DNA of 64,000 nucleotides from a virus: IMG/VR virus record IMGVR_UViG_3300045988_046889; one strand, 5' to 3'. Shown piece by piece: positions 54,301 to 63,800 of this stretch (position 1 is its first letter; each line of letters starts with the position of its first letter). The notes under the pieces were generated by a model. It saw only the letters and a program-made list of their open reading frames with translations, ran no database searches and was not told where the DNA came from. The position numbers and the translations under genes were made by a program.

Positions 54301-55891
54301 TAAGCTTGTGGATACCAGAACACTTAGTAAATCAGATGAGGAAGCATTTAATGTTATAATGAAAGCTTTAAGTGCCAAGCCACAAAAGGTTAAGGATATG
54401 TCTAATGAAAAGACTATGCTATTCAATCCTGATGAGGTTCCTACTGTTAATACAGCTCCTATTACCAATATAGTAACTCCTGCTACTGTTAACCAAGGCA
54501 ATACTCAAACAGGTGCTGCTTACACTGCACAAAAGGAGCAGGCAATCAATAACCATGATGAGGAGTTTGAGGATGAGTTTACTTTAAGAAGAGTAGACTC
54601 CACAGAAGCTACTGCATGGAATCAGGAAAAAGAACTTGATTGGATTGCAAAGACATTGCCCCAATTAAGTGAAAGTGATAGGATACATATAGTAAAGGGT
54701 CTTATTAAAGTAGGAAGACAAGGTGCATTGGCTTGGGGTCAATTTGATAAAGGTGTTGTCACTTTATCTGATATAGCTGCTGAGGGTACTGCATACCATG
54801 AAGCATTCCATGCTGTGTTTAATCTCCTTCTAGACAATAATGAGAGAACAGTATTATTGAATGAGTATAGAGGAAAGCATCCTAATATGGGTAACCTTGA
54901 GCTGGAAGAAGAACTGGCTGAGGATTTCAGAACATTTGTGATGCAAGGAGGAAAGGATACCAGAAGCTTAGGAAGAAAGATAATAGACTTCTTTAAGTCA
55001 TTATTCATCAAGACTAAATACTGGAAAGACTTCAGGCCATCTTCTATCTACTACTTCAGGGCTATCAATGAAGGGAAATATGCTAATAAAGAGGAAAAGA
55101 TTAAATCTCTTGATGAATCCAGACTTAGACAAGAGGAGTATACTCCGGAAATGCTGGATATACTAAAAAATTCAAGGGATGAGCAGGGCAATTTATTGGC
55201 ACCTAATAAGAAACCTTCAAACCTTACTGAAAGGCAATATGCCCATGTAAGAACCAAAGCATTTAAAGAATGGTTTGGGGACTGGGAAAATAATCCTGAG
55301 GAAGCTAGTAAGGTGGTTGATGAAAACGGTGAACCTCTGGTAGTATACCATGGTACCAACAGCCAGTGGACTACATATAACCCAAATCTGTTTGGCTCTG
55401 CTACAGATGAAGGATATTATGGCAAGGGATTATACTTGTCTTCTGTAAAGGGCAAGGCCATGCAGTATGGTAATATTATGGAGTTATTTGTCAATATGAG
55501 GAACCCATTCATTATAGGTATAGATAGTACTCTGGACATGGATGAGTCCACTAGAAGAGGTGAAATAGCAAATATGTTCAATAGAGAAAATGCTCCTGAT
55601 GAACTGAAGCAATATGACGGTGTTCTATACAGTGGTGCAGAAGGTAAATTTGAGGAAATAGTAGTTCCTACTGCCAACCAAGTAAAATCATCTACCAATA
55701 ATGTTGGCACTTACAGTAGAACCAATGATGATACTAGGTATAGGAAGCTTCCTAAAGGAACATTGACCACATTTGATATGATGGATGACACTATTAAAGA
55801 GAACTTATTGAAGAAGGGCTGGACTAAGGAGAAGTTTGATTCAATTTCCCAAGAAGAAAGAGACCAAGCCATCAAGTGTATAGCCTTCTAG
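48326..55891 (+). CDS. giant polyvalent virion (likely ejected) protein with PD-(D/E)xK nuclease, HExxH and PARP/ART-like motifs
   Basis: 2521 aa; GEVDIL...IYDVKSS...QLSAYKNL (about 53640..53840) fits RecB-type nuclease motifs II, III and QxxxY; HEAFH at 54797..54811; VVYHGT...YGKGLYLS...FEEIVV (about 55340..55700) resembles the PARP H-G-S / GKGIYFA / catalytic Glu triad. Confidence 0.55.
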   Translation: MEYQDITKTGPVGLKGLKGLKGLNRVPEMGEFELSVLGGTRALQQSLAPSTSEEVGIELADKGYGQSIYDEDINFVSQADDLNEVRAIEQPWYAQLGAGLAKGAVLTGTTFLDGTVGLVLGAGTAINEGRWSGLWDNDFSKAMQSVNEWSEEALPNYYTRDEQEEPWYENIFTANFIGDKFIKNLGFSVGAFYSGNITAAGLKASRLPQLIGAIKNSSKAPAIVNSTVGATISSVNEGRIEALNNSKDWFELQKAQLDDRYNQRMQAIGDAYGGTEMYNQLVSAESQAYNKALEKLSEDRLKMGNADLLMNIPVLLASNITQFGKLYANGFKTARKTTNIMGKAGEYTAGTTRLGTVAAITRGALSEGAEEMAQSIASRTAGNYYSTDVNNFYKSKTDPEASQETLDWVKAFAQGVNETVNEGSSWEEFFIGALTGALGMPRFRSIRNKQGGIQSPVTIEGGAINEWRDYNERMAREERIANYMNDRVNSPEFKNYYQGLIRHNKYQNDMNRAAEQGDEFNFKNAEHAQLVSDIAMFDNAGRMEDLNTLIDAAFDTSDENLASIVENTTTALEDGSKVGPFVDRNGNPMYATPEGKQEMIEKLQQNHDEMTKTISDYLKIRDDIDIRTAQQLSDDQLEELTWMKSQIGNWAERATAMSGEVKSAIGNVIGNLNSFLRFNQQVRSSEGQSHKGLSEGYQQADNNIRAIEKAINTLSFVKGQEDNVLPRTLIDYPKFTKGLINEINEVDDTVLSGDEKEDIITKINDIVKLGNASEVYNNKLNEYLRNPQKQIEDHIKAGEQAAQQEAEKKSNDLKASLSSAQNLQEFRAILDDQDDIVNRNNTLKDLEDEGNEMAKNYRETSQYNNEVSRIIQSSDEEPQVKQDAIKLLQDQFNNSENLEQMANPNSIFINNDNAFDEDSEGDIELSTTRFQEAQYALQKAMSQVNDDNRFKDRFSPEYRKPVEKREGTTRGDDRRDTTGDSGTPTVPVVTSSEDLPVTEVPVGNVTPEMVNEENKKANERVEAPQRPSRDRVNQFYRPAIPELHIEASKEGDFRPFDVVVGEREKGVDFSGIYGYLRDQDTFRYLNEGNLKAGDELGFMIDPDFNDKTIFIIDRKNNQVVGSLDESDYSVSRYEGLKGLEERIKDEFANRENKAGKFIATPVTRVSKMMVGRIPYGSTERSLKDIPNVSSEGRRPVFGIIKNGVLTTNGKVNDSLVIKPVDMGQKEGRLYLLVPNGAGKYSPAAVRVKHFNNEEFNLNDPSVSSTPVGEDIKNAINNLSMATSQGDVSAAMQDLAQDLYMQDIMVTWFSSKSGDGIVISKKVKRPDGTYEKVIIDGKEQIKEDKHDIYFSTGSKTAIISGVEWDITAAEEQGDTSAFNAPKDPDDIYNEILGHLIKFNLPLQVSTKRINEGAYNNRLINSDILTSNITEASVRSTWFTTDYFDDEGNLHQAVSPASVAPQPKRKIETPVGGTEGAISGTRIVSAFTNKPYFVDLKTNTIRDEQGRNVKVTDSNRVLFDLAWAQDNFGSFTDSSIMVDNKVLTPNGQVLDRTSQKYITGQEAQDVKDTIAGKKKEREDRVAKSKKIISEIYENQRRIDKTRTDGEFYYVLEDDGEYHQYSRVHSRLGSNWIESSKQTEALTQVRAKLSQLVDVPAQYDNYLKFLENKYKISLDGYQGKADAKSRDTIVNIVRDKMSGTNSQRALDAGSAVDSIIRQYFTIRDVSRIVKPSNMSENAFMDLITTLNRVKSNMEHMGERFLADNIILYQKYPDGTRVAGEVDILSVDKDGNFRIYDVKSSRYSFYDFTDRYGHKVNYFTTPSATQRMSAKDYYTLQLSAYKNLFESQYGTPITKLAIMPFVLSYDRENVSAVQSEKGIPVEYNPAVNVPLVSSVEVNKVAEAPATPAQNQQVLPIFETSLETQNPVDRILPENSLGKDSIVGYYEKDGKLYKGYIKKAGEVEGIPIYITKERDRGFGREGEMNESSSYFVVLPNGKLVDTRTLSKSDEEAFNVIMKALSAKPQKVKDMSNEKTMLFNPDEVPTVNTAPITNIVTPATVNQGNTQTGAAYTAQKEQAINNHDEEFEDEFTLRRVDSTEATAWNQEKELDWIAKTLPQLSESDRIHIVKGLIKVGRQGALAWGQFDKGVVTLSDIAAEGTAYHEAFHAVFNLLLDNNERTVLLNEYRGKHPNMGNLELEEELAEDFRTFVMQGGKDTRSLGRKIIDFFKSLFIKTKYWKDFRPSSIYYFRAINEGKYANKEEKIKSLDESRLRQEEYTPEMLDILKNSRDEQGNLLAPNKKPSNLTERQYAHVRTKAFKEWFGDWENNPEEASKVVDENGEPLVVYHGTNSQWTTYNPNLFGSATDEGYYGKGLYLSSVKGKAMQYGNIMELFVNMRNPFIIGIDSTLDMDESTRRGEIANMFNRENAPDELKQYDGVLYSGAEGKFEEIVVPTANQVKSSTNNVGTYSRTNDDTRYRKLPKGTLTTFDMMDDTIKENLLKKGWTKEKFDSISQEERDQAIKCIAF

Positions 55892-55913
55892 TCAATAGGA
55901 TGAAATTTTTTAT

Positions 55914-55947
55914 TAGGGCAGGGTTAATCACCTTGCCCTATTTTATT
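55914..55947 (+). terminator. rho-independent terminator
   Basis: TAGGGCAGGG-ttaatca-CCTTGCCCTA followed by TTTTATT. Confidence 0.55.
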
Positions 55948-56108
55948 AGGTAAAAAAAAAATTAAAAAAAAATAGGAGGAGGAGTAGAACTTAATCTACT
56001 CACTCCCCCTACTTCCATCATTAACAATTCACTTAGATTTACTGGCATTATTAGGATTAAATAACCACCAAAATATACCAGCACAAATTACTGTTGCAGC
56101 TAATTCAC

Positions 56109-56687
56109 TCATAATTTATATCTCCATTTATAGCCATAGGATTTACCATTAGGGTATATCCTTAGCTGATTATTAATTGCTTTCTTTATCTTCTCCCAAT
56201 CTTTATTTAAGGTCTGAGACAGTTCCTTGGCTGCTTGAGTAGTAGAATTATACTCTGCTATAAATTTCCCATCTAAGCTATATTGTAGAACAGGTTTATT
56301 AAGCCAGCTATTTGATTGTCCTCTTTTATTAATAGACTGTCTCTCTTTAACAGTTCCATATCCAACATTGTATTTTCTTGTACACCATTCAAGATTAGAC
56401 ACAATATTATTGTTCTTAATTTCATCCTTATGATTAATCTCTTTATAATCATTAGGATTGGGAATGAAGTGTATTGCTACTAATCTGTGTACAGAATGCC
56501 ATTTAGCAATATGATTGCTACTTTTTAAGTTTACTAACTCATAGCCATCATCATTAATCATAGGCTTTAGGACCCTATCTTCTAGACTACATCCCTTCCC
56601 ACTTCTTCCAAGAGACTTAACCCTACCTAAGTTTGATACTTGGTACAAACCTTCATATCCTTGAATATCTTTCCAAATTTCTTCCAT
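56109..56687 (-). CDS. HNH homing endonuclease (HNH_3/NUMOD type)
   Basis: MEEIWKDIQGYEGLYQVSNLGRVKSL...VHRLVAIHFIPNPNDYKEINHKDEIKNNNIVSNLEWCT; the track start at 56741 is TTG, ATG at 56687. Confidence 0.6.
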   Translation of the reverse strand: MEEIWKDIQGYEGLYQVSNLGRVKSLGRSGKGCSLEDRVLKPMINDDGYELVNLKSSNHIAKWHSVHRLVAIHFIPNPNDYKEINHKDEIKNNNIVSNLEWCTRKYNVGYGTVKERQSINKRGQSNSWLNKPVLQYSLDGKFIAEYNSTTQAAKELSQTLNKDWEKIKKAINNQLRIYPNGKSYGYKWRYKL

Positions 56688-56764
56688 ATTAAATGTTCTA
56701 TTGTTCACTGCAAAGATACAAATAAATCCACTAATATGCAAGTGGATAAATAAATTATTTATAG

Positions 56765-56795
56765 TGAATAAAAAAAGAGGAGAGAAATCTCCTCT
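56765..56795 (-). terminator. rho-independent terminator for the leftward 1351-aa gene (hairpin usable on both strands)
   Basis: AGAGGAGA-gaaa-TCTCCTCT with a T-run following on the minus strand (TTTTTTATTCAC). Confidence 0.6.
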
Positions 56796-56800
56796 TTTAA

Positions 56801-59800
56801 TTATTGCTTGAAATAAGGTATAGCCAATTCAGGGTCTATACCTCTTGTAATAGTACTTCTCATAGGAACTAATGGACTTTTCATTAAGAGCCTATAAGCC
56901 TTAGTCTTATCCTTAAACTGTCCTGACTGTATAAGAGCATCCTCACCTGCAAACACTTCATAATTCATTGGGTTAATCAACCCAACTAAATCTAAAGTAG
57001 ATTGAATTGTCTGGACGGCTGCTGCTGGGGATTTCATAATTTTCAATCCTTCATCAACCATAGGCTTTCCTGGGATTAAAACACCAGTTTCTGTCTTTAG
57101 TCTTCTAAGTTGATATTCTACTATCTTAGTAAGCCAAGGTCTGTTATCCTTATCATCCCAATCAATCATTCCAAGTACTGCCACTATCGCTAAATAATGG
57201 GCAACCTCAGTAACTGCTCTTTTAATATTAGCCTTTTCAGTTTTTGATAATTTGTTCCAATCTGATACTATATCAAATTGGGACTTTCTAAGTTCCTGTG
57301 CCAACTGCCATAGAAACCTGCCTGTAGTTATGTAGTAACCTTCAGTCCAAGTTTGTAAGTCCATATTGTAAGAAGCTGATTTGAACCTTCTGTTAAGTGA
57401 GGGTTTCACCCACTTCCTAAACATTATTGCCATTCTACCCATAGCCAGCCTTTGTACTGCATTTCTATCAGCTTTATTATAGATACCATGCATTCTTTGG
57501 TTTATGGCAGCAGACTTTCTACTGAAAGCTATAATATCATCCTTTGTGAATGCAGAGCCGTCTTCCTTAGTATAACCTTGCTTTAATTGAAGTTTAGCAC
57601 CTAACTTCTTATTATTCTTATCAATAGGGACTACCTCCATAGCATCCCATAAAGATACCATTTTGCCATCAGGAGCCTTCATTTTATAAGCATCTGCAAG
57701 TGCCAATGAGGTTCTATTCTGCATCCAATGTTCTCCGGCATTATTCATAAGGAATAATGCAGATGTACCAAACATTCTGCTAAACCATGTCTTCCTGTCA
57801 AAGTTTACTTCCTTGACATCAGTTTCATATTCCTGCATAACATTGAATAGTTCATCCCACAAAGCAAGCTTGCTTGTTTTCACCCTATTGCCAATCTCTG
57901 CAAGGAATTCAGGCAATGCCTGACCATAGTTCCTGTCAGCCCTAAGAGTATTGGATTCATTGAAGAACTCTCCGGAGAAAGACTCAATCCTCATCATCAC
58001 TCCACCAGTAGCCACATTGGAGATACCAGATAAGACGTTAATTGCTAATGTGTTAAGAGAAGTCACCCTATTAACGAAATTAGTTACCTTTCCTTTATCA
58101 ATCTTGGTATTGCCAAATGTTCCCCCATCTGCCATATACCTGCCATATACCTGCATCTCAAAGAAATCATTTAATCTCTGCATGAATCTTGTCCCATCTC
58201 CTGACTTAGTCAATACTGATTCTACCTTTCTTCCTACAGATTTGAACTTCTCTGCAAGAGGTTTACCTCCTCTTGTCTGTACTATTTCCCTTTCCCTTAG
58301 CATATCCCTGCCAAGTTCAAGAACATCAATTACCTTACCCATCTCATTGAAATCATTTGCCATGGCAGCATAAGCTGTAAGGGTAGATGTCACATCAGTA
58401 GACAGGTCATTGGGGCTTTCTCCCTTCTTCATCTTGGTATAATAGATGGGAAGTACCTGCACTTCTCTGCCTTCAAAGTCTTTCACAGTAGCCCTATCAC
58501 CAAACTCGGTATCATCTGTTCTTCTGATGAACTCATCCTTTATGCTTTCCCATATTTGTTTTGCTCCGGACTTTACACCATCAGAAGACTTTACCCTTTC
58601 AAGTAAATCTTTTCTAATCTTAACTGCATTGGTTAAGGTAGTATACTTGTCAGGAAGGTATGAATCTAGCTTGGCCTTTATATCCATAACCTTATTATAG
58701 TACTCTTTCTGAGCAGGATTCAGGTTTTGATAAGCCTTATTGCCATAAATGGATACTTTAGGTTGTTTCTTTCCATCAACAATCTCCATATTGGCATCAA
58801 ACCAAGCCTGTCTTTCCCTCCTATACTTTTCTGCATAATCACCAACAGGATTATGCCCATACTTCTCATTAAGAGCCTTGAACATTTCCCTAACTTTCTC
58901 TTTGAATAAGCCTTGGTTAATCTCAGATATATAGTTACCTGTCAGATTACCCTTGCTGTCCCTTTCAAACATCCAGTCAGTATTCTTTATACCAGCTTGT
59001 TCCAGCTTAATAGCAGCAGCTTGTAACTCCTTCATGACATTAATAGTCTCAAGCCTTGCATTTTCCTTACTCTTCTTGACAGCTTGGTCCATTACCTTCA
59101 ACATATAGTCTGAGGAGTCTGCCATGGAATCAAGCCACCTGTCAAAGAATGATATATCATTGTCAGCCACCTTGACCAAGTCCTCGGCGGTCATGGTTTT
59201 ACCCTTAAACTTACCAAAGGGGACAGTAATGCTTTCCCCTACAAAGGGCTTGATAAAATCAACAAAGAGAGGCATTGATACATTATTATATTTGACAAAC
59301 AGGTCACCAAGCAATGTACTTGTATTGTCAAGTGCTGCCCTTACTCTTTGACCATATCTGTTGTCTTCATATTTTTCCTCATCAACAAGGGATTTTCTTA
59401 TGTCATCAGTAATGTGTTTGTAACTATATAAGTAGTTCCTCACATCCCTTAATACCCTAGCCCTCTCATTTACATCAGTGGCAGGAGTATTCTGTAACAT
59501 AGTAAGCCTGTTATTCACTTTAGATAACTCTTCAAGTGCATTCTCTAGGAATGTATAAATGCCTTCTATCTCATTATTATCAGCCAATTCAATATCCAAC
59601 CTATCAATAAGGAGCCTTTGGTTGGCACTAAACTGGCTATTGGGGTTTCTTTTTTCGTAAATCTTCAGCCTCTTTAGCTCATTGCCAATGATTTCCTGAA
59701 GTAGTTTCTTATCTCTAGTTATCCTCTCTGAGGTATTATAGAATACTCCACTTGATTTGATATTGTCAACATTGATAGTCTCATCCAAGCTTCCATCAAG

Positions 59801-60856
59801 TATCTGCCTTGCCAAAGAGCCGAAATTCTTGTCAGCCTCCTTCATGGCTCTCTGGATAGGACTTGCACTGAGTTTCTGAAAGAAACCCTTAACTGCTTGG
59901 ATTACTCTTTGCAGGAGATTTTTATAGGGCTTTGATGGAATATCTTCACCTTGTAGCAAATGCTTTGCAAGCAATTTACCCGCAGCTTCTTTTGCCAGCT
60001 TAAACTCATCACCATGATATAGTGTATTATAAGTATCGTAGTCCTCACCCATGATTTCTCCTGTCAGCCCATTAGAGGATATATTATTGACTAGCCTTGT
60101 CACAAGAGGATTATCCCCCATGGCCTCAATGGCAAAGTGTGCAAACTCTTCAGGAAGAGCCTTCTCACCTTGGATACCATTAGCAAGCCTAATCATTTCA
60201 ATAAGACCATCTGCCGCATTCCTTGCAACATCAAAGTCAGTTACACCATGAATACCCATTCTCTTTTCAAGGTCAGTCAAAGCACCTATCCCTATACCAC
60301 GGGATTCAAGAATACTTCTCAACCTATTATTAAGGTTTTCATTGTATTCCATCTTATCTGCATTTATAGAGTTAAGTCTATTTCTTTTCTCAACCTTTAT
60401 TCCTATAAATATTCTTGGGGACTCAGAGTCCTGAATCTTGATTATATTAGCCACATAATCATCCCTAAATTCAGAGTTTTGATTAAAGGCTATAGCTCTT
60501 TGTTTTAACTTCTGATAATTATCATCATTGTTTACCCAAAGAGCAGGTCTATCTAATCCTTTCTTGTAATACCCAATCTCTCTATTGAGTCTTTCAAGTA
60601 CTTTAGTGTCTGGAATAACCCTACTAAGATTAGTTTGTTTTAATAAACTCCTTAGTGTTGGTTCATTGTTTTCATCCAAGACTAATCTTGGATTCCAATC
60701 TCTTATAAAAGAGTCAGACTTTGTGATAAGATATAGTCTTGCAGCTTCACTCCTATTATTGGAAGTGAAGGACAGCAAGTCCTTAAATAACTTGCTGTCC
60801 ACTACTTGACCATTTCTATTCTTCACTCTTGGAATAATTGCACAACTTTTTGCCAT
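56801..60856 (-). CDS. large protein (1351 aa) co-transcribed downstream of the RNA-polymerase gene; possibly a further RNAP subunit or domain
   Basis: ATG at 60856 overlaps the stop of the upstream gene (60860); no motif recognised by eye. Confidence 0.45.
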   Translation of the reverse strand: MAKSCAIIPRVKNRNGQVVDSKLFKDLLSFTSNNRSEAARLYLITKSDSFIRDWNPRLVLDENNEPTLRSLLKQTNLSRVIPDTKVLERLNREIGYYKKGLDRPALWVNNDDNYQKLKQRAIAFNQNSEFRDDYVANIIKIQDSESPRIFIGIKVEKRNRLNSINADKMEYNENLNNRLRSILESRGIGIGALTDLEKRMGIHGVTDFDVARNAADGLIEMIRLANGIQGEKALPEEFAHFAIEAMGDNPLVTRLVNNISSNGLTGEIMGEDYDTYNTLYHGDEFKLAKEAAGKLLAKHLLQGEDIPSKPYKNLLQRVIQAVKGFFQKLSASPIQRAMKEADKNFGSLARQILDGSLDETINVDNIKSSGVFYNTSERITRDKKLLQEIIGNELKRLKIYEKRNPNSQFSANQRLLIDRLDIELADNNEIEGIYTFLENALEELSKVNNRLTMLQNTPATDVNERARVLRDVRNYLYSYKHITDDIRKSLVDEEKYEDNRYGQRVRAALDNTSTLLGDLFVKYNNVSMPLFVDFIKPFVGESITVPFGKFKGKTMTAEDLVKVADNDISFFDRWLDSMADSSDYMLKVMDQAVKKSKENARLETINVMKELQAAAIKLEQAGIKNTDWMFERDSKGNLTGNYISEINQGLFKEKVREMFKALNEKYGHNPVGDYAEKYRRERQAWFDANMEIVDGKKQPKVSIYGNKAYQNLNPAQKEYYNKVMDIKAKLDSYLPDKYTTLTNAVKIRKDLLERVKSSDGVKSGAKQIWESIKDEFIRRTDDTEFGDRATVKDFEGREVQVLPIYYTKMKKGESPNDLSTDVTSTLTAYAAMANDFNEMGKVIDVLELGRDMLREREIVQTRGGKPLAEKFKSVGRKVESVLTKSGDGTRFMQRLNDFFEMQVYGRYMADGGTFGNTKIDKGKVTNFVNRVTSLNTLAINVLSGISNVATGGVMMRIESFSGEFFNESNTLRADRNYGQALPEFLAEIGNRVKTSKLALWDELFNVMQEYETDVKEVNFDRKTWFSRMFGTSALFLMNNAGEHWMQNRTSLALADAYKMKAPDGKMVSLWDAMEVVPIDKNNKKLGAKLQLKQGYTKEDGSAFTKDDIIAFSRKSAAINQRMHGIYNKADRNAVQRLAMGRMAIMFRKWVKPSLNRRFKSASYNMDLQTWTEGYYITTGRFLWQLAQELRKSQFDIVSDWNKLSKTEKANIKRAVTEVAHYLAIVAVLGMIDWDDKDNRPWLTKIVEYQLRRLKTETGVLIPGKPMVDEGLKIMKSPAAAVQTIQSTLDLVGLINPMNYEVFAGEDALIQSGQFKDKTKAYRLLMKSPLVPMRSTITRGIDPELAIPYFKQ

Positions 60857-60859
60857 ATC

Positions 60860-63800
60860 TTACAATTCATATAATGTTGGAGCACCACAAATACTGTCAC
60901 CATTCTCATCCTTATACTCCGTATTAGGTTGAATAGATGTTATGTCATCAGTCTTAGGAGCAGAAGTATCAAGAGGAGTGCCATATACTTGTTGGAAAGC
61001 ATCCACATCTACTTGAGGAATATCTTGATAATCAGGCATGGAATCATAATCCACTTCCACATTTCCATCATCAAATCTTGATAATGTATCTGCATAAGGG
61101 TCATAATCCTTCCTGTTCTTATCAATTACAGTTTCCATCTCTTCTGCATCCTTACCATACTCATATTCAATGAAACTGTTCCTGAAACCTAGTGGCTCAA
61201 TTCTTTCATAGGTTGCCACATTAGCCTGCTCAGTACCTAATGAGAGTAACTTGTAATAGACATACCCTCCTCTGATTCTCTTGCCTATATACTTGAAGAA
61301 GTCATAGACTGGGCCATCGGGGGTATCTATCCTTTTCTTGATGACTTTCTTATCACCAAAGGTAGCATCACCATCAATCACAAATGTAACCACATCCTTG
61401 ATTTCATTATCCTCTCCTATGAACTGAACAGAGGCTGTGTCAGGAACTTCAGGAACCAACTTCCTATTATCCAAGTGGTTATAGACATATTGGTCTACAA
61501 ATTGACTGTAATCATCATTGGATAATGTAAGACTTCTTAGTGTACTTATATACTCCGGTATGATGTTTCTCACTGCCACAGGAGCCAAGTGGATGAAGGT
61601 ATTTGGGCCAAATGCAAAGCCATTCCTGTAATAACTGTACCTAAACAGGTTAAGAGCAAGTCTCTGGGCTTCAGGATTGGACATATATAGGAGAGATGTC
61701 CAATCCCTCATATATCTTTCCCTTAAAGTAGGACTTAATTGACCTACATTCTTGAACACTACAGTGTCCACAGGATTAGTGTCATTTGCCCTTATCACCC
61801 TGAGTCTCTTAATAAATTCAAGGTCAGCTATATCCTCATTGTCTGTTACTACCTTCTTAAAGTAAGCAGGGAAGTTATTGATGAAATCTTTTCTCTTTTC
61901 AGAAGAAGAAACAATAATATCACCTGCTTCAGAGTCAGGGTTTACAACCAGCTCAGAACCAAAGAATCCATTCTTTGACATTATATAGGCAAGCAAGTCA
62001 TTGTAGACACTATTCATAGTCTTTACATTTAACCTGCCAGTCTTTGTCAAGTCTCTAAGGCTATCAATTACAGCCCTGAATGATTCAGTATATTGAGGGA
62101 AATAAGAACCTAACATTCTCTCTGATGTCTGCAAGCCAAGGGTGTAGAAAGCCTGTAAGAATGGAAGAGGAGCTGATAATAATCTTTCTCTAAGAGTGTC
62201 AGTATCCGGATTATCTGCAAGCAAATCATCATATATGGCATTGGCATTCTTCAATGGGAACTTATCATTACTCTCTATTTGGTCTAACAGGTCTTTTACT
62301 TTCTGTATCTTCAACTCTGTATCTGCAATAGTAGGACCAGCAGCACCACCTTGGGTATCAGACCTTGTGGCTTGTACTAATTGACCCAAAGCATTGGCAG
62401 AGTTCATAACTCTCTTAAATAGATAACCAACTGCAACTTGTTTCTGGTAGTACTCTATCTTCCTAAGGTCAGAAGTCTGAGACCTATCAGTAACAGCCTC
62501 CTTGGCAAGCATTATATTGTCTGCAAGCTCTTCAATGTAGAAGCTGTTATTCTTATAGTTATCATAAGTCAAGTCACTATTAAGAGCAGCCTTTTCCTTG
62601 TACTTGTCAAGTACCTCATCAATAATAGTATCTTTGCCTTTACCCTCTCTACTTTCTCTAAAGTAGGTTTGAGTAATCTCTTGGACAATAGGCTGCATCA
62701 TAAGCAAACCTATTTCAATAGGATTATAACCTAATCTTGAAAGAAGCATGGAAGCATCAGCAGTAAATGTATTTTGATTAAGTGCTGCAAGCACGGGGTC
62801 TTTCACATTATCCACAGAAGCAGCTAGGAAGCCAGCATTGTTCTTTGAGATAAATTCCTTATCCTTATTCATGACATCATGCAAAGATGTAAGTCTCTTT
62901 CCATTCAGTGTAAATGAACCATTTTCCTCATCTAGAGATAGCTGGGTGTGCTGCATCAGGGCATGGTTGGCATTATGGTTGGCATATATACCAATCAGCT
63001 TTGCACCAGTCATATTCTGTTGATGTAACATTACCTGAGTTCTTGGAGATAATGGGTCCATCTTGGTCTTAGTCTTTTCCACCAATTTATCAAGAGTGTC
63101 AAGGTCTAAGTCAAACAAGTATGAAGCAATGGACTTAGGATAAGATTTACCATTCTCTTGAACAGTCTTATCAAGTTTTACTCCTATTGCTTGCAAGGCA
63201 GTACTCAAATCACTCTCATAAGAATCATTTAGGATAGTCATTATCCTTGCAGACCTCTTTTGATAATCAAAACCACCGGGGTTAAGAATCTTGGAAGCTG
63301 TATTTGCATTAGTGAGAACCCCATACATCATATCTATCAGCAAGTTATTTCTTGCTTCAAGACTATTCTCCTGTGGAGATTTGCTGAAATTGTACTTGAC
63401 CTTTCTTATCTTAGTCTCCATCAAATTGTCCTTTATGTCGTTATAATAGTCAAAAAGGTGCATTTCAGGAGTATCTTCTGAGAATGATATATTGCCATTC
63501 CTAATCTGGTCAATAGTCATTTTGACATTGTCTATTCCCCACTTCCTGAATCCCTGATTCTGCATAACCAAATCAGTAAACTTTTTCCAATTCACTTCCT
63601 TGGATATATTGGACTCAGGCAACATGATATACATCTTGTCCACATCAAAGTCAGAACCTGATAGAGTAGTAATCTCAGCAGGAAGCATGATTGCAGAACC
63701 ATTCTGTTGAGGCAGGAATCCCTTGATATACAGAGGAGCCATACTATACTTATCCTCTGTTGGGACTCTATAACCAATCAACTTTCTTAAGTCCTCAGGT

